A DNA stretch of 64,000 bases from Takakia lepidozioides. Its lineage: Eukaryota > Plantae > Bryophyta. A program made the translations under genes and the position numbers. A model generated the notes under the pieces. It was not told the origin of the DNA and ran no database searches. It worked only from the letters and a program-made list of their open reading frames with translations. The stretch lies in the NCBI GenBank assembly GCA_030704615.1, contig CM060733.1, positions 37,324,001 through 37,388,000 of the forward strand, written 5' to 3'. How positions within the stretch are numbered: the first letter of the stretch is position 1; the number at the start of each line of letters is the position of its first letter. Shown here in pieces: positions 51,383 through 64,000 of this stretch.

Positions 51383-53014
51383 CTTCCTTCCTTCCTTTCC
51401 TTCCGCTGCCTCTTCTTCTCCTCTTCTCTCCTCAACCGGTGGCCAGATCAAAGCATACTAGGTTGAGCTCTTGCATGTGAAGTCCTTCCTGATATCAGCA
51501 AAATCTTGGGTTCCTCTCCTCTTCACCTCTGAAGCTATCTGTGCCAACATCTGCCTGGATGGCTGATCGCCGACAGCCCTCACATGATCCAGACAGGATT
51601 GTGGGTGCAATCCCAGTGCCTTTGAGCAGCGGCAGCCCGGCTGAGATGGAGAAGAGATCCTGCTTCCGAATGTTGTGCTACAGTTTGTCACTCCCACTTT
51701 CTTATCATCCACATCATGGATGGATGCCCATCTACTCTTGAGTCTTAAAATATATTTCGCCTCCGACCAGCGCAATTACACCAGTAGAATACCAATTTTG
51801 AAATCGCAATCAGAAGATCTGGGCTCGACTCCTGGACTCCATGTTTTGTTCTCTCATAAAACGCAATAAAACTGTATGTGTACATCAAGGAAGCAGCTCA
51901 AGAGATTGGCTAGCGAACAAACACTCTCATCTGATCAACTGCTGCTCCATCTCCAACGGGTTGTGTTGGGTTGGTCTCGTTGCGGCGCCTCGAAGATGTC
52001 ATACTGCACAGCGGGCAGAGAGGAACACAGATTTGATGCCGTCTACTAAAAATTCTAGTGCTACACAAATAGTCTTTACACTGTCAAGACTACGAGTATT
52101 CCGGAACAGGTTTCTCTCTAGACCGCATTTATAATCGGGCCACCATGGATCCAAGCTAAGTAATAAAATCCCATCCCAATAATGCCAAGGAGGGTCCCGT
52201 CTACGACGCCCAACGGTAGCATGCTGTTCATCGAACTGTCAACTCCATTCTGCATGCAATTCTGGCCGTTCTCTCAGACTGTGTTCCCCGATACAATACT
52301 ATTAAAACTAGTAAAGATTCCGCCTCGGCTGTGGGGGATTCAAGCTGCTGGAGCTCGCAGCTCTGCATCCAACTTGGAAGTTCTTCGCAGCTGGATTGCC
52401 AAGCCACCGCCATTTCTTCTGACACAGCTGCATGCATCACTCCAGCTCGTGGGCTTTCTGGGGCAGCCTGATCAAATGGCTCGTTTGCAAGCGCTCGTGT
52501 AGCTGCCTCACATGTGCATTCATACATTGATACTCGATCATCGGCAGCAGCTGCTTAAGCAATTGATTAGCAGTGTCTAATCCATCACTGCGTCAGTGCA
52601 GTCGTCTAAAATCCGTCATTACAGTAACTAAACTGACATCCCTGTCGGGTATCAGCAGCATGCTGCAGGACTAATTACACGGCACTATGATTCCTCATGT
52701 TTAGCCTAACATCACCAACGAATTACCTTCCTCACGGTAGTACTAACACACTGAATTCCTGCTTCTCAGTGTGGAGTGTTGAAGAATGAAAAGCGCTTGT
52801 ACATATGTGGAAGGGGGGTACTGGTCAGCAACGTCGTCTATGATGGATGTTTTGTTTTCAAAGGAAGCCCAAGCCACAGCTTTGATGGGGCAATTTAACC
52901 CCCTTTCGGGCAGCCCGAAGGCAGCACAGGGGATTGAACCCAACACCCAAAGGCCAATTATACCACTTGTGCGGATGTAAGTAGTATCATCTTTTAAACA
53001 GAGAGGGACATTTA

Positions 53015-53706
53015 TGCTTCTCATTGTTTGACAATTGGGTCTTGAATTCGGGCACGTGTGGTTGTGGCGGGCCCTGCGGGTGGCACAGGGGTCGCGCAGG
53101 GTGGGGCGACCCCCTACCCGGCGGGGTCAGTCTGCTCGGGTGAGCCGCCCCGGCGCGTGCAGGGGAAGCCAGAGGGGGAGTGAGTCTGTTGGGCCCACAA
53201 AACACCTGAAGATATGTAGATATATAATTAATTATTTCAAAGGTTTGTGAAAAGCAGCGGTTAGTGTGGTGGTTAGGAACAACTTGTGATGAAGAGAGGG
53301 TTTGCTGATCAAATATTGGCAGGTTTGTGGTGGTAATGTTTGTTAATAACGAATACATATTTTGTTTGAGGAGGGTACGAAGGTTGGAGTTAGGCGGTCG
53401 CCAGTCAGTCCGCTAGTCAATCGCCAGTCTGGTGAGTCCGCTCGCCAGTCTGCCGGACTGAGTTGGTCCGCTCGCCAATCGCTAATCTTCTCGCCAATCG
53501 CCAGTCCGCTCGCCAGTTGGAGTCAGTCTGTTGAGGGTTTGGCCAGTCCGCTAGAAAGTCCGCCGCCATTAAAGAACTAGGACTTAGAAAAAATTCAGAA
53601 TCTAGACCCGGTGAAAGGGGGGTGGGTTTATGAGCTCACCCCATGGGCCGTCCTTGGCGGGGCCCATAGTTGCATTCAAGACCCAATTATTAAAAAATGA
53701 GAGCCT
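53015..53706. mobile_element. TIR-bounded MITE-like element upstream of WIP, with internal GTCCGCTCGCCAGTC repeats (53395-53565)
   Basis: CTCATTGTTTGACAATTGGGTCTTGAAT versus revcomp CTCATTTTTTAATAATTGGGTCTTGAAT; TSD unclear. Confidence 0.6.
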
Positions 53707-53745
53707 ACATTTATTGAAACAAAAAGAAAAAAAGAAAAAAATTGC

Positions 53746-53997
53746 ACATCAGCTGGTAGCTCAGCTGGTAAGTGCACAGTGTGTCGCCCTGGTGGTTCGG
53801 GGTTCAAACCCGCTGCCTTGCCTGGTTTGAACCCGCTGCCCTGCCTGGTGTGTGGATTGTTCGTGACCGGCTGGTCTGGTGGTGACATTTCCACCTATGT
53901 GCCTAACGGCTTATCTGAAAGGGGGTTAATTTTTCCCCCTCCTCAAGGGCCTGAATTGTGAGCAGTCGCTCCCAGGTTTCCCTTAAAAAAAAAAAAA
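53746..53997 (+). mobile_element. tRNA-derived SINE with duplicated B-box segment
   Basis: TAGCTCAGCTGG A-box; GGTTCAAACCCGCTGCCTTGCCT repeated as GGTTTGAACCCGCTGCCCTGCCT; 3' body like 18478 copy; poly(A). Confidence 0.8.
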
Positions 53998-55139
53998 TAG
54001 AACCCTCATACTATATATATCATTGAAAATAATATTATCTTTTTTAATTTTAGGGCAGGCTCTGAAATTCATTTCAAATATTTGAAATTATGGAGAGTTT
54101 TGGCGATTTTTTTTTTTTTTTTTCTCAGAACAGAGGCTGTGGCCCTGGAATTTATTAAAGGAGAATAATGAGATACAAATAAAACTAAAAATTGAAAACA
54201 GTTTTGCTGGCGAAATTCATTTCCATTTTTTCTTTCCTTTTGGATGAATATCTCATGCAAAGAAGTGTAGTCCCGAGTCATGATTAGGTGAGCAAGAACA
54301 TGCAAATTTTTTAATTTATTTTTATTTTTTTAGAACGGAGGCCCTTATTATTTTATTATAAAAGGCGAGGAAAAAATAACCTCGAAGAACAACCATAAGG
54401 TAGAGAAAGGGGACACAGCCCCCAGAACAACTTGCAATAATTTCATAAATTTTCTAGTGTGAGCACATTTCTGTTTCATCATAACATATTACTTGGATAT
54501 TCCTAGAGTATATAAAATATTCTTTGGATATTCCTAGATATCATTTTATACTCATGTGAGCATGCCCACGCACTAGCCAACCTCTATCTTAAATAACCTT
54601 CATAAAAGTAGTATAATATGGTCTGTAGAATATAATATTATCTTCACTTAAGTAAGATGTTTCGCATCACAGAATAACCTCTACTGTCCAGCCCTAATTC
54701 CAAAAACTTCCATCCGTTGACCTAATTTGGGTACAATAGGTGTAACTATGGAGGAGCCAAGTGTTATGGCCCCTCCTTCCTGTTTTCGTCTTTTGTTTTT
54801 TTAATAAAAGGGAAACACCTGGGAGCGATATTTTTTCTCCGCTTTCAGCAAAATTATTGAGGGCTCTGCTTAAGAGAAAACAAATTCTATTGACCAGAAA
54901 AACCTGCTGACAAATTTCAAACTATTTCAATGCATCCGCACAAAGTGAGGTATTACCTTTGAGAAGGTAACGTTGAGCATTGTCGAATAACGCAAAACAC
55001 AAAGGTTTTCAAGTGAAGAAGTGGAGCATGTACAAAACGCGTCAGTTTGCTGATCTGCGATGGCTTCTTGTTGCAGATTGACGCAGTGATGTAGAAGGGA
55101 TGGCGTGGGAAGCATGGGGAAGAAGTCTCCATCTCTGTC

Positions 55140-56515
<1,376 letters not shown>

Positions 56516-57374
56516 AGAGAGAGAGTGCTGGACATGAAACCTTGAAGTAGGCAGCCTCACACGCTTCCTGTCCCTCAAACTCTGCAGTCACAAGGTAACA
56601 ACCACCAGTATAGTAAGAGGACTCCATAATACAGGGATATCTGAGAGTATTTTTCTTTCAAGTTTCCTGACAACGAGATTGCCAAAAAATTGACTGCTCC
56701 TAAAATAGGTGCAAGACACCAGAGCAAGGAGTATTACGGTTGTAATATGATGGGTGCACCACTTACCAATGAAAGCATAACATAAGCTATCCCCAGTTTT
56801 GTAGTCCCGTATGATGTCAGCCCTGACCCATTGCGGCAACCCAGCATTAGACTCCAAGCAAAAGGACATAAGAGTTTGCACAAACTGACGCTGTCTCTCC
56901 TATGAGCAACAGCCACACATGCTTGTAGATGCACAAGTGTCGAATCAGGTTGCGTTACACTTATGAAACAACCTTGCCAAAGTGCCCGAAATTGAGTTCA
57001 AGATCACCTTCCTGCACACTCAAACCATAATTAATTTTAGGCAGATCACGGTTTTGCGATTACGTAGTCTGCACTAATAACACTGCTTGCTGGGTAGTGG
57101 TTCCTAGTCTCCTGTTAATGTTCCCTTGAAAATGCTACTGCTTGAAATGATGAGCATATCAGAGATGGGGTGAGGTCCAGGTGTGCAATGTATACCTCCG
57201 TCACAGGGTTGAGCTTACAAACAAACAACACATTCTCAGGTGGCTTCATTTCTGCCTCTGGAATATCTCCTATCTGCAGATGACATGACCCCACGCTCAG
57301 TCTCTTCCATCTTCACACTGGGGCTCTCAAGTTGGTAAATGCAAGTTTGTGGGTCCTTCAGCTATTTTTGCATG

Positions 57375-57990
57375 AAGGGAGAGAGAGAGATTGTACTCAT
57401 AAGACATTGTTTGCCCTAGCCTTGTGGCCATTGACCCCGCGCCCAGTTTGAACGGAACATAAAGGGACAGAAACTACCTTTGTCAGGGGCTGACGCCGGT
57501 AGTATGATTTACCTTGGAATAAACAGTTGATCCGAGATTTCCATATATCCTCCAGAAATCCCTTCACACAAGCATCAATCTGATGTGTGTGATTTGCCCA
57601 ATAGCTAGACCCCAAAAGGGCCTGGGCTTTTGGCTCAGCCTCAAGATTTTCAAAGTTGTTAAACAGAGGTACAGGCACAATTTCCTTGATGGAATGGAAG
57701 AGGGTGTCCCGTTGGTGAGAGTACCCAGGACAATGAATCAGGAAGTGAATATTGTCTTCAGGTTGCCCACACAACGGGCACTTACAATCCCCCTTTCCTC
57801 TCTGCGACTGTTTGTTGTTCAAAGGTAGGCTACCCACCCTGAGTTTGAATTTCAGTCTAGTGCCGAGGGTGGGTAGACCCTTGAGGTCATCCATGATGGC
57901 CTCACCCATGCCACAGACTGGAAACAGGTTGAGGGAAGTTTTCTGCCTAACTTCATTTTCTTCAGACAATTTCCTGGCAATAGACATGGC
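57375..57990 (-). mobile_element. 5'-truncated LINE (RT C-terminal zinc-binding region) in CYP59 intron 7
   Basis: RLKFKLRVGSLPL..CPLCGQPEDNIHFLIHCPGY; stop at 57397 followed almost at once by a (TC)n tail. Confidence 0.85.
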
Positions 57991-59587
57991 TTCGGAAACT
58001 TCAGCTTCTAATCCAGAAGGGAGAGAGAGAGAGAGAGAGAGCTTGTCCCTCTTCTTTCCCTACTATGATTGCAGTCTGATCAACCAATATACCAACTCGA
58101 CAATGATGGGTGAGGTCTGGAGTAGAAAGAGAGCAGAGGCAAAAACGCCTACCATCTCCAAAACCATTGCACGTGACTGGGCCTCCTTCCTCCGCAGCGA
58201 CTCATCAAGTTCCTCTGGTTCTATTTGTTCATCCATAGGTACCCAATCATCTTCCAATCGAACTTCCTCACCCTGCCATTCATTTGTAAGAATGTCAGGA
58301 CTAATATGTGTTTCAATACAGGAAAAAAGTAAATAGATGATTACCATACTACATTAGTCAGTGAGCCAAAAGAGGTTCTGCAAAGCAAAGAGTCACCTCT
58401 GCTGGTGGTTCCAACACTAGTGATTGGTCTGGAATCATGTCAGCAAGGGAAGGGGGATCGTCAAATGGATCATCCAATATGTGGGTATGCTTTATCCTGC
58501 CCCAAAACCCACCCCTGTCCAGTCAGCACATTACCTTGGGGCTTTTGTTGTTCATGATTCTATATTACATAGAGCTGCTTCCAGAGTCAGGACTCAAAGA
58601 AGTGGAAGTGGTTGGTTACTACACAACACATAAACCTAAGAAGTCAATAAAAAGCCTAATATTTCAGTGTCCATTTGAAAGGAACTTACCGAATATTTTT
58701 GTATGGCCGAAATTTTTCATCCACAAAAGCCTCATTTTATCCTCATTAGTGTCTCCAAGCCCTCTGCTACCTCTCCAAACACCTGCAACTTGCCAGTCAG
58801 CATACTACTTGGCAAGGAAGAAAGCAGTCCTGCTCTAGAAAGACTAACTGCTCAGCGCTAATACATCTCACCAAACGATGATAAAAGGAACAACACACTG
58901 ACCGTATATTTTCCATCGAGGTAGTCAAGTTCAGCTCTCGTGGTGATATAAAACTGCAACACAACCAGTGAGGACAAGACAACGTCAAACACAAATGGAG
59001 AAACGGGGGGAAGAAAACGTAATCATTGTAGACATTGACCATTGCATGCCAACATCTGCTATGAGTGGGTTGTAATTATTACACTAAAAATACAACGTTG
59101 ATTTGGGGTCTGCTGCTCTAGCGCCCAAGTCCAACAGAAGTATAACACTGCCAAATAGCACTGTCTAAGAAAGGCCAAGGTGCGAAAGAGAAGAATTAAG
59201 CCCCTCAAGAAACTCTTGGCATGCAAAGTAGTGATCAAAGGTTGTTAGCTTCTAAGTTAGAGGTGTTTGTACCTTCCCCCTGAGTGAGGGAGAGATGTTG
59301 TACCTGGGATGCATTCGCATTTTCACCAGCACTGGCCATGGCAACAATGCCCACTTTGTCATGCTTGAGTTTTGGATGCAGCTCATTTTTGAAAAACCTT
59401 GCCTGCTCCCCATACAGGAATCTGCAGGTAAGTTGCACACATTAACACAGCCTTACAACCTCTCATCAAAACTAAACTCTCAAACTGTGATACATGTTGC
59501 CATGAAAAGCCAGGATGAACCAGCCCACACTAACTCAGAAAGAAGAATAGAACAGTTTACTAACTGACAATTTGAAGGGAATGATGT

Positions 59588-60010
59588 GCAGAATAACCAG
59601 GCCCATTCCCATCATGGCCCACAGGCCTTCAGGGTGAGCAGACAGCACCTGCAAATTTGATTTGTGTGACACATAGTCGCACACAAGTCATAACAGCCTA
59701 TGTTGCTGCATCTTGTATGCCGGCTTAATTGTGCACACCTCACATACCGAACTTCAAAGGCAGACCTACAAAGAACAGGGTCTACAGAAGCAAGCAAGGC
59801 ACCCCACATATGCACGAGTAAAGTGCATATTCGTGGACGCAACATTTATGGGTCAGTCACAAAAGCACACTATCAGAAAATTTTGGTTGTGACAATGGGC
59901 AAAATAACCAGGCCCATCCAATCAAGGCCCACAGGTCTTCAAGCTGGGCAGACAGCACCTACAATTTAGTTTCGGTGACACATAGTCGCACACAAGTCAT
60001 AGCAGTCTGA
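59588..60010. repeat. ~110-bp direct duplication in CYP59 intron 2 (about 59588-59700 and 59898-60008)
   Basis: Shared AATAACCAGGCCCAT..GGCCCACAGG..GCAGACAGCACCT..GTGACACATAGTCGCACACAAGTCATA. Confidence 0.85.
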
Positions 60011-61075
60011 CTGCATTTTGCATTTGGGGTTAATAGAATCAAGTGTACAAATAAGTGTGCTGACCTTACTGAAATAACACTTATGTTTCAACGGTATAAG
60101 GCAAGTGACGGTGTCTTACTTGTAGATGGAGTCTCCACCTACACCTGTGCCAGTAGGGTCCCCAGTTTGTACAATGAAGTCCTTTTGCACTGAGTGGAAT
60201 AAGCAGTTATTGTAGTATTTCATTCTGTCACACTCAAAAACACCCCTGTGTTAGAGCTGCTTGGTGATTCCGCAAGCCAATGCAACAAAGGCAGCTCTAA
60301 AAGAAAAAACTCTGCAGAAGGGAGATGGAGAAGGGAGGTACATAAGAACTCACTTGCAAAGCTTGAGAAAGTTCTTGGAGGCCAGAGGGCACATATCCGT
60401 AAACAGATCGACGACCAGGTCGCCCACACTGGTGTTCATCATCACCGACATTTCATCTTGTTCCAGCCTTCTTCACTCCGAGGTTATGAAATGCTCTGCT
60501 CACAACCGAGGTTGGAAATCAAAAACTGGGCTTCATATTAATCTGAGGCAGCGATTTGAGTATCATATATGACATCTCAGAGGGGATAGCTTGTCAATGT
60601 GCATAACAACCCTAGAGAAAAGGGGGCAAAGAAGCGGGGACAAAAGCACAACATACAGGCAGGAATCACTCACGTGCAAGGACCTCTGTTTCTTTGTCCA
60701 ACTTTTTGTGTTCAGATCGTAGCTGCCTTGTTCGATCCTGCATTGACTGCACCCACCCCTCTGCCTAGTGAATTGATGGATCGAGGCTTAGGACTGCTTG
60801 AATCTGCATTGACCGGGAAGTGAACTATGCTCCTTCTTCCATTGTTTATTGTAAGCTGGAGAGGGCCTCTGATCCTCTTTCTTTAAGAAAAAAGAAAAAG
60901 AAAAGAAAAGAAAGCAAACAGACAGACAAATAAGAGAAAAGCAAAAGAAAAGCAAAAGTTTGATCATCGAGTATAAGTAGCGCCAACTTTAGTCACAAGG
61001 AATGAGTCACATGCAAGCGGCTGACAGTGTAGAACAAGACAGACGTCAACGGGGAGGATTCCTTGCTGCTCTGCC

Positions 61076-62826
61076 ATGCCTACTTGTTGCAGATTGACGC
61101 AGGTGTTGAGGTCGTTGCAGCAATCTCGGTCCATCACCTACATGCCTAGGCCTGGGGATGGAAGTGCTAGAGCGGTCACCCTGATCCCTGGAGATGGGAT
61201 TGGATCTCTGGTGACAGGGGCTGTTGTGCAGATAATGAAGGCAATGCACGCACCCGTCTACTTCGAGACATATGAAGTCTCCGGGAGGATGGACAAGGTT
61301 CCTACTGACGTAATGGATTCTATCAGGAAGAACAAGGTGTGTTTGAAGGGGGGATTGGCGACTCCGGTGGGAGGAGGGGTTAGTTCTCTTAATGTCCAAT
61401 TACGGAAAGAATTGGATCTGTATGCGTCTTTGGTCCACTGTTTTAATCTTCCAGGGTTGAAGACTCGGCACGATGAGGTCAACATTGTAGTCATACGAGA
61501 GAACACTGAGGGCGAGTATTCTGGCCTGGAGCATGAGGTGGTCCCTGGAGTTGTTGAGAGCCTCAAGGTACGCTCACCCCTTTCGCCCACTGATGCTGAG
61601 TACTTGCAAATTAAAACGTAAAATCTCCATAGTAGGCGTCTCTCTCTCTCTCCCTCTCTCTCTCTCTCTCAGAGGTATGCCTGCACACATACATCCTAAA
61701 ATTGCTCTTTGGTTTTTTCTGTGACTGGGCAGTTGCCCCAGCACATATCAGCCTACATTCATCTCCTCGCACTGGCAAGCACCTGGACATGTGTCCTTCC
61801 TCTTTCTCTCTCCTCTCTCATCTGCTACGGCAGTCTTATGAGTACATTCTCCTCTCTCATCCTCTGCCCCTTTTTATGTCCAGGGCTTTTATGTGCCTCA
61901 AGGGTTATACCAAGTGAAGGTGAATGGATTGTCTATACATATTTGTACATTCTAATAAGATTGTAAAGGAGTAAGTGTCTGACAGGGGGGAATTTCGTAG
62001 GTGATAACAAAATTCTGTTCAGAACGCATCGCGAAATATGCTTTTGAGTATGCATATCTCAACAACCGCAAGACAGTGACAGCAGTGCACAAGGCCAACA
62101 TTATGAAGCTCGCCGATGGCCTCTTCCTGGAGTCCTGTCGTGAGGTGGCCAAGAGGTACCCAGGGATAAAATATAATGAGGTCATTGTGGACAACTGTTG
62201 TATGCAACTCGTGTCGAAGCCACAGCAATTTGATGTAATGGTATGGTACATCACTTTTCTCTGTTTGACATGTATACACATTGAACATTCCTTCTTTTGC
62301 TATTTGCACTCTCCTTTGTTGTCTTAAGCTAGGCTTTGCTAAGCTAAAACCTTTTAATTCAAGTGCACAGATACGTACACAATCATATGACAGTATCCTA
62401 TCTGGTCACATGAGGTGTAGTGTTCTTGTGATGGTATCAAGCCTAAACTGGACTACGAACTCCTTCCATCCAAAATGTTGTCTGTTAACATGAGGGGGAG
62501 AGAGAGAAAGAGAGAGAGAGTACTTTTTGATATAACTGCGGTATCCTTGTGGCCGTAGACTCCACATTGGGTGTTCACAGAGCAAAAAGGGAGGGTCAGT
62601 CCAGCTTGATAGAGCAGAGAGTGGAAAAGGAAAGAAAAATACGTCCAGTCCAGCGTATAGCCCTTTTTAATGCTCTCATGGGAGCTAATGGTTTGGTTGT
62701 TATTTTCCTTTCTCTGGAATCACTCTGTCAAAGGTGGATGATTGCAGGTCACACCTAATCTGTATGGTACATTGGTGGCCAATGTAGCTGCTGGTATTGC
62801 AGGAGGTACTGGTGTAATGCCTGGAG
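61076..62826 (+). CDS. IDH1: Mitochondrial NAD-dependent isocitrate dehydrogenase regulatory subunit, partial. Exons 61076-61567, 62001-62240, 62748-62826; last exon(s) beyond window
   Basis: [62 protein letters not shown]|[43 protein letters not shown]|VTPNLYG. Confidence 0.93.
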
Positions 62827-63409
62827 GTACAACATCTTCCCTGTTCCCCACTCCATTGTTACAGAGAGCAAACAGGAGAGATACTTTGCCCTTTGTCTGC
62901 AGCCTCTGGGCTCATGTTGCACCACAACAAGGTCTAGTAAGCTCAAAATGGCCTTAGAGCTAGTGTTGCCCACAATGTGATTCTTGCTTAATTTCTCCTG
63001 CTTTAGTGCTGCATTTGCAGTACTAGTGGAGAGCAGAGAACAAGCTCAGATAGCTATTCTCAAGATGGTAGGTTGTTGTACTTGACATTTTCAGTTCATC
63101 TGCTCCAAATGTGAAGGGGCGCAAAGGGAGAATAGAGGAGAGAGAGATGAACCGCACACCATTGAGAACCTAAGGCTCAGAATTGAATCAGCTAAGAAAA
63201 TAATCCTTCAGCCATAGTTAGAGACATGAAATGGAAGAGGTCCAACATGGAAGGGCAGAAAAGGTGAGGGAGGAGGGCGGTTCAAGGAGAGCACCTCAGG
63301 GCCCACTATCTTGTGTAAACCCCTCCTGAAGCGGGGTTTACCTTGATTCTAGCAAAGATACTATAATGTTTACAGAGGGTCCAAGAGCCCATGGTACAAA
63401 CTAGAACAA

Positions 63410-63960
63410 CAACAAAAGCCCACATGGAAATACACCAGTTGCTCCACAGCCTTGTGGCCGTAGACCCCTCTTCTGTTTGGAGCAGAAACTCCAGATCATG
63501 AATATAAAAATCTTGTCCAAATCTCTGAAGAATGAGGAGAGGATGGGAACCAGCAGGGCACTACAAATGCAGAAGCCGTACTCCAGGAGTGGATTCATCT
63601 TAGAATCCAGACCCCAAGGATGTACACAGCTTTGAGGTTGTCTTGAGCTTCTTGAAAAAACTGCAGCTACAATCTGGTTGATGCCTCCAAACAGGACCTC
63701 TCGTTGGCCTGAGTACTTACTATAATGCATCAGAAATGTTCGCTATCCTCACCTTCATCCCCACAGTCAGACACGTGGATTCTCCTCTTCCCAGCTGGGC
63801 TAACTTTTCATGGAGCCCGCACTTGAATTCTTGCACTTGGACCTAGGGGGCGAACACATTCCAATGCATCCAACTAGTTTGAAGTTGAACCTAGTGCCCA
63901 ACATGGGGAGACCCTTTAGTTTCAGTCTCTATTAGGGGAGACATTCATTCATCTCATCAT
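63410..63960 (-). mobile_element. Degenerate LINE 3' fragment in IDH intron 3
   Basis: LKGLPMLGTRFNFKL..CGDEGEDSEHFLMHYSKYSGQREVLF parallels the 57397-57987 copy; shares the GGTCTACGGCCACAAGGC end motif (also at ~62545). Confidence 0.7.
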
Positions 63961-64000
63961 CTATCACTGTCTCTTTATAGCATGCAGATGAGCTTTTTGT

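Larger units (their letters stand above)
56542..60451 (-). pseudogene. CYP59: Cyclophilin-RRM CYP59 (PPIL4-like), 3'-truncated. Exons 60451-60354, 60224-60120, 59421-59304, 58953-58903, 58782-58690, 58496-58397, 58272-58153, 57273-57196, ~57011-56965, ~56822-56767, ~56582-56542
   Basis: [93 protein letters not shown] +1 frameshift at ~58735 (ATAAAATGA), a donor reading ATAAGT at ~56964, and no remaining RRM, zinc-knuckle or RS exons. Confidence 0.88.

Noticed and set aside
51400-52760. Conserved plant miRNA precursor in the WIP upstream region
   Set aside because: I found no match by eye to the conserved mature miRNAs I checked (miR156, 160, 166, 171, 319, 390, 408) and no long hairpin.

Overview
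Eukaryotic nuclear DNA from a land plant, most likely a non-seed plant (inferred from intron style, a Tcn1-like chromovirus and a replitron relic). Intact-looking host genes are ATG4 (3363-10996 +, 8 exons), an ISS1/VAS1-like PLP aminotransferase (12805-17321 +, 9 exons), a WIP-type C2H2 zinc-finger TF (51382-49321 -) and an NAD-IDH regulatory subunit (from 61076 +, running off the window). The central ~26 kb (about 21.5-47 kb) is a nested transposon cluster. It holds a large decayed Mutator-like element with no visible TIRs, made of a SWIM transposase, a convergent giant Ulp1-fusion gene and dense CAGAC motifs. Inserted in it is a complete 5.87-kb non-autonomous CACTA element carrying tandem OSB 'PDF-motif' exons. 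A 5'-truncated chromodomain Ty3/gypsy element and a degenerate replitron-type HUH endonuclease follow. To the right, a truncated CYP59 pseudogene abuts an intronless PRP43/DHX15 retrocopy that has an internal inversion. SINEs, hAT/MULE MITEs and LINE 3' fragments are scattered throughout. The most notable signals are the VANDAL-like MULE architecture, a ~330-bp inverted duplication inside ATG4 that can pair over exon 6, the replitron relic, and purine-rich splice acceptors. All calls are by eye; no searches were run.
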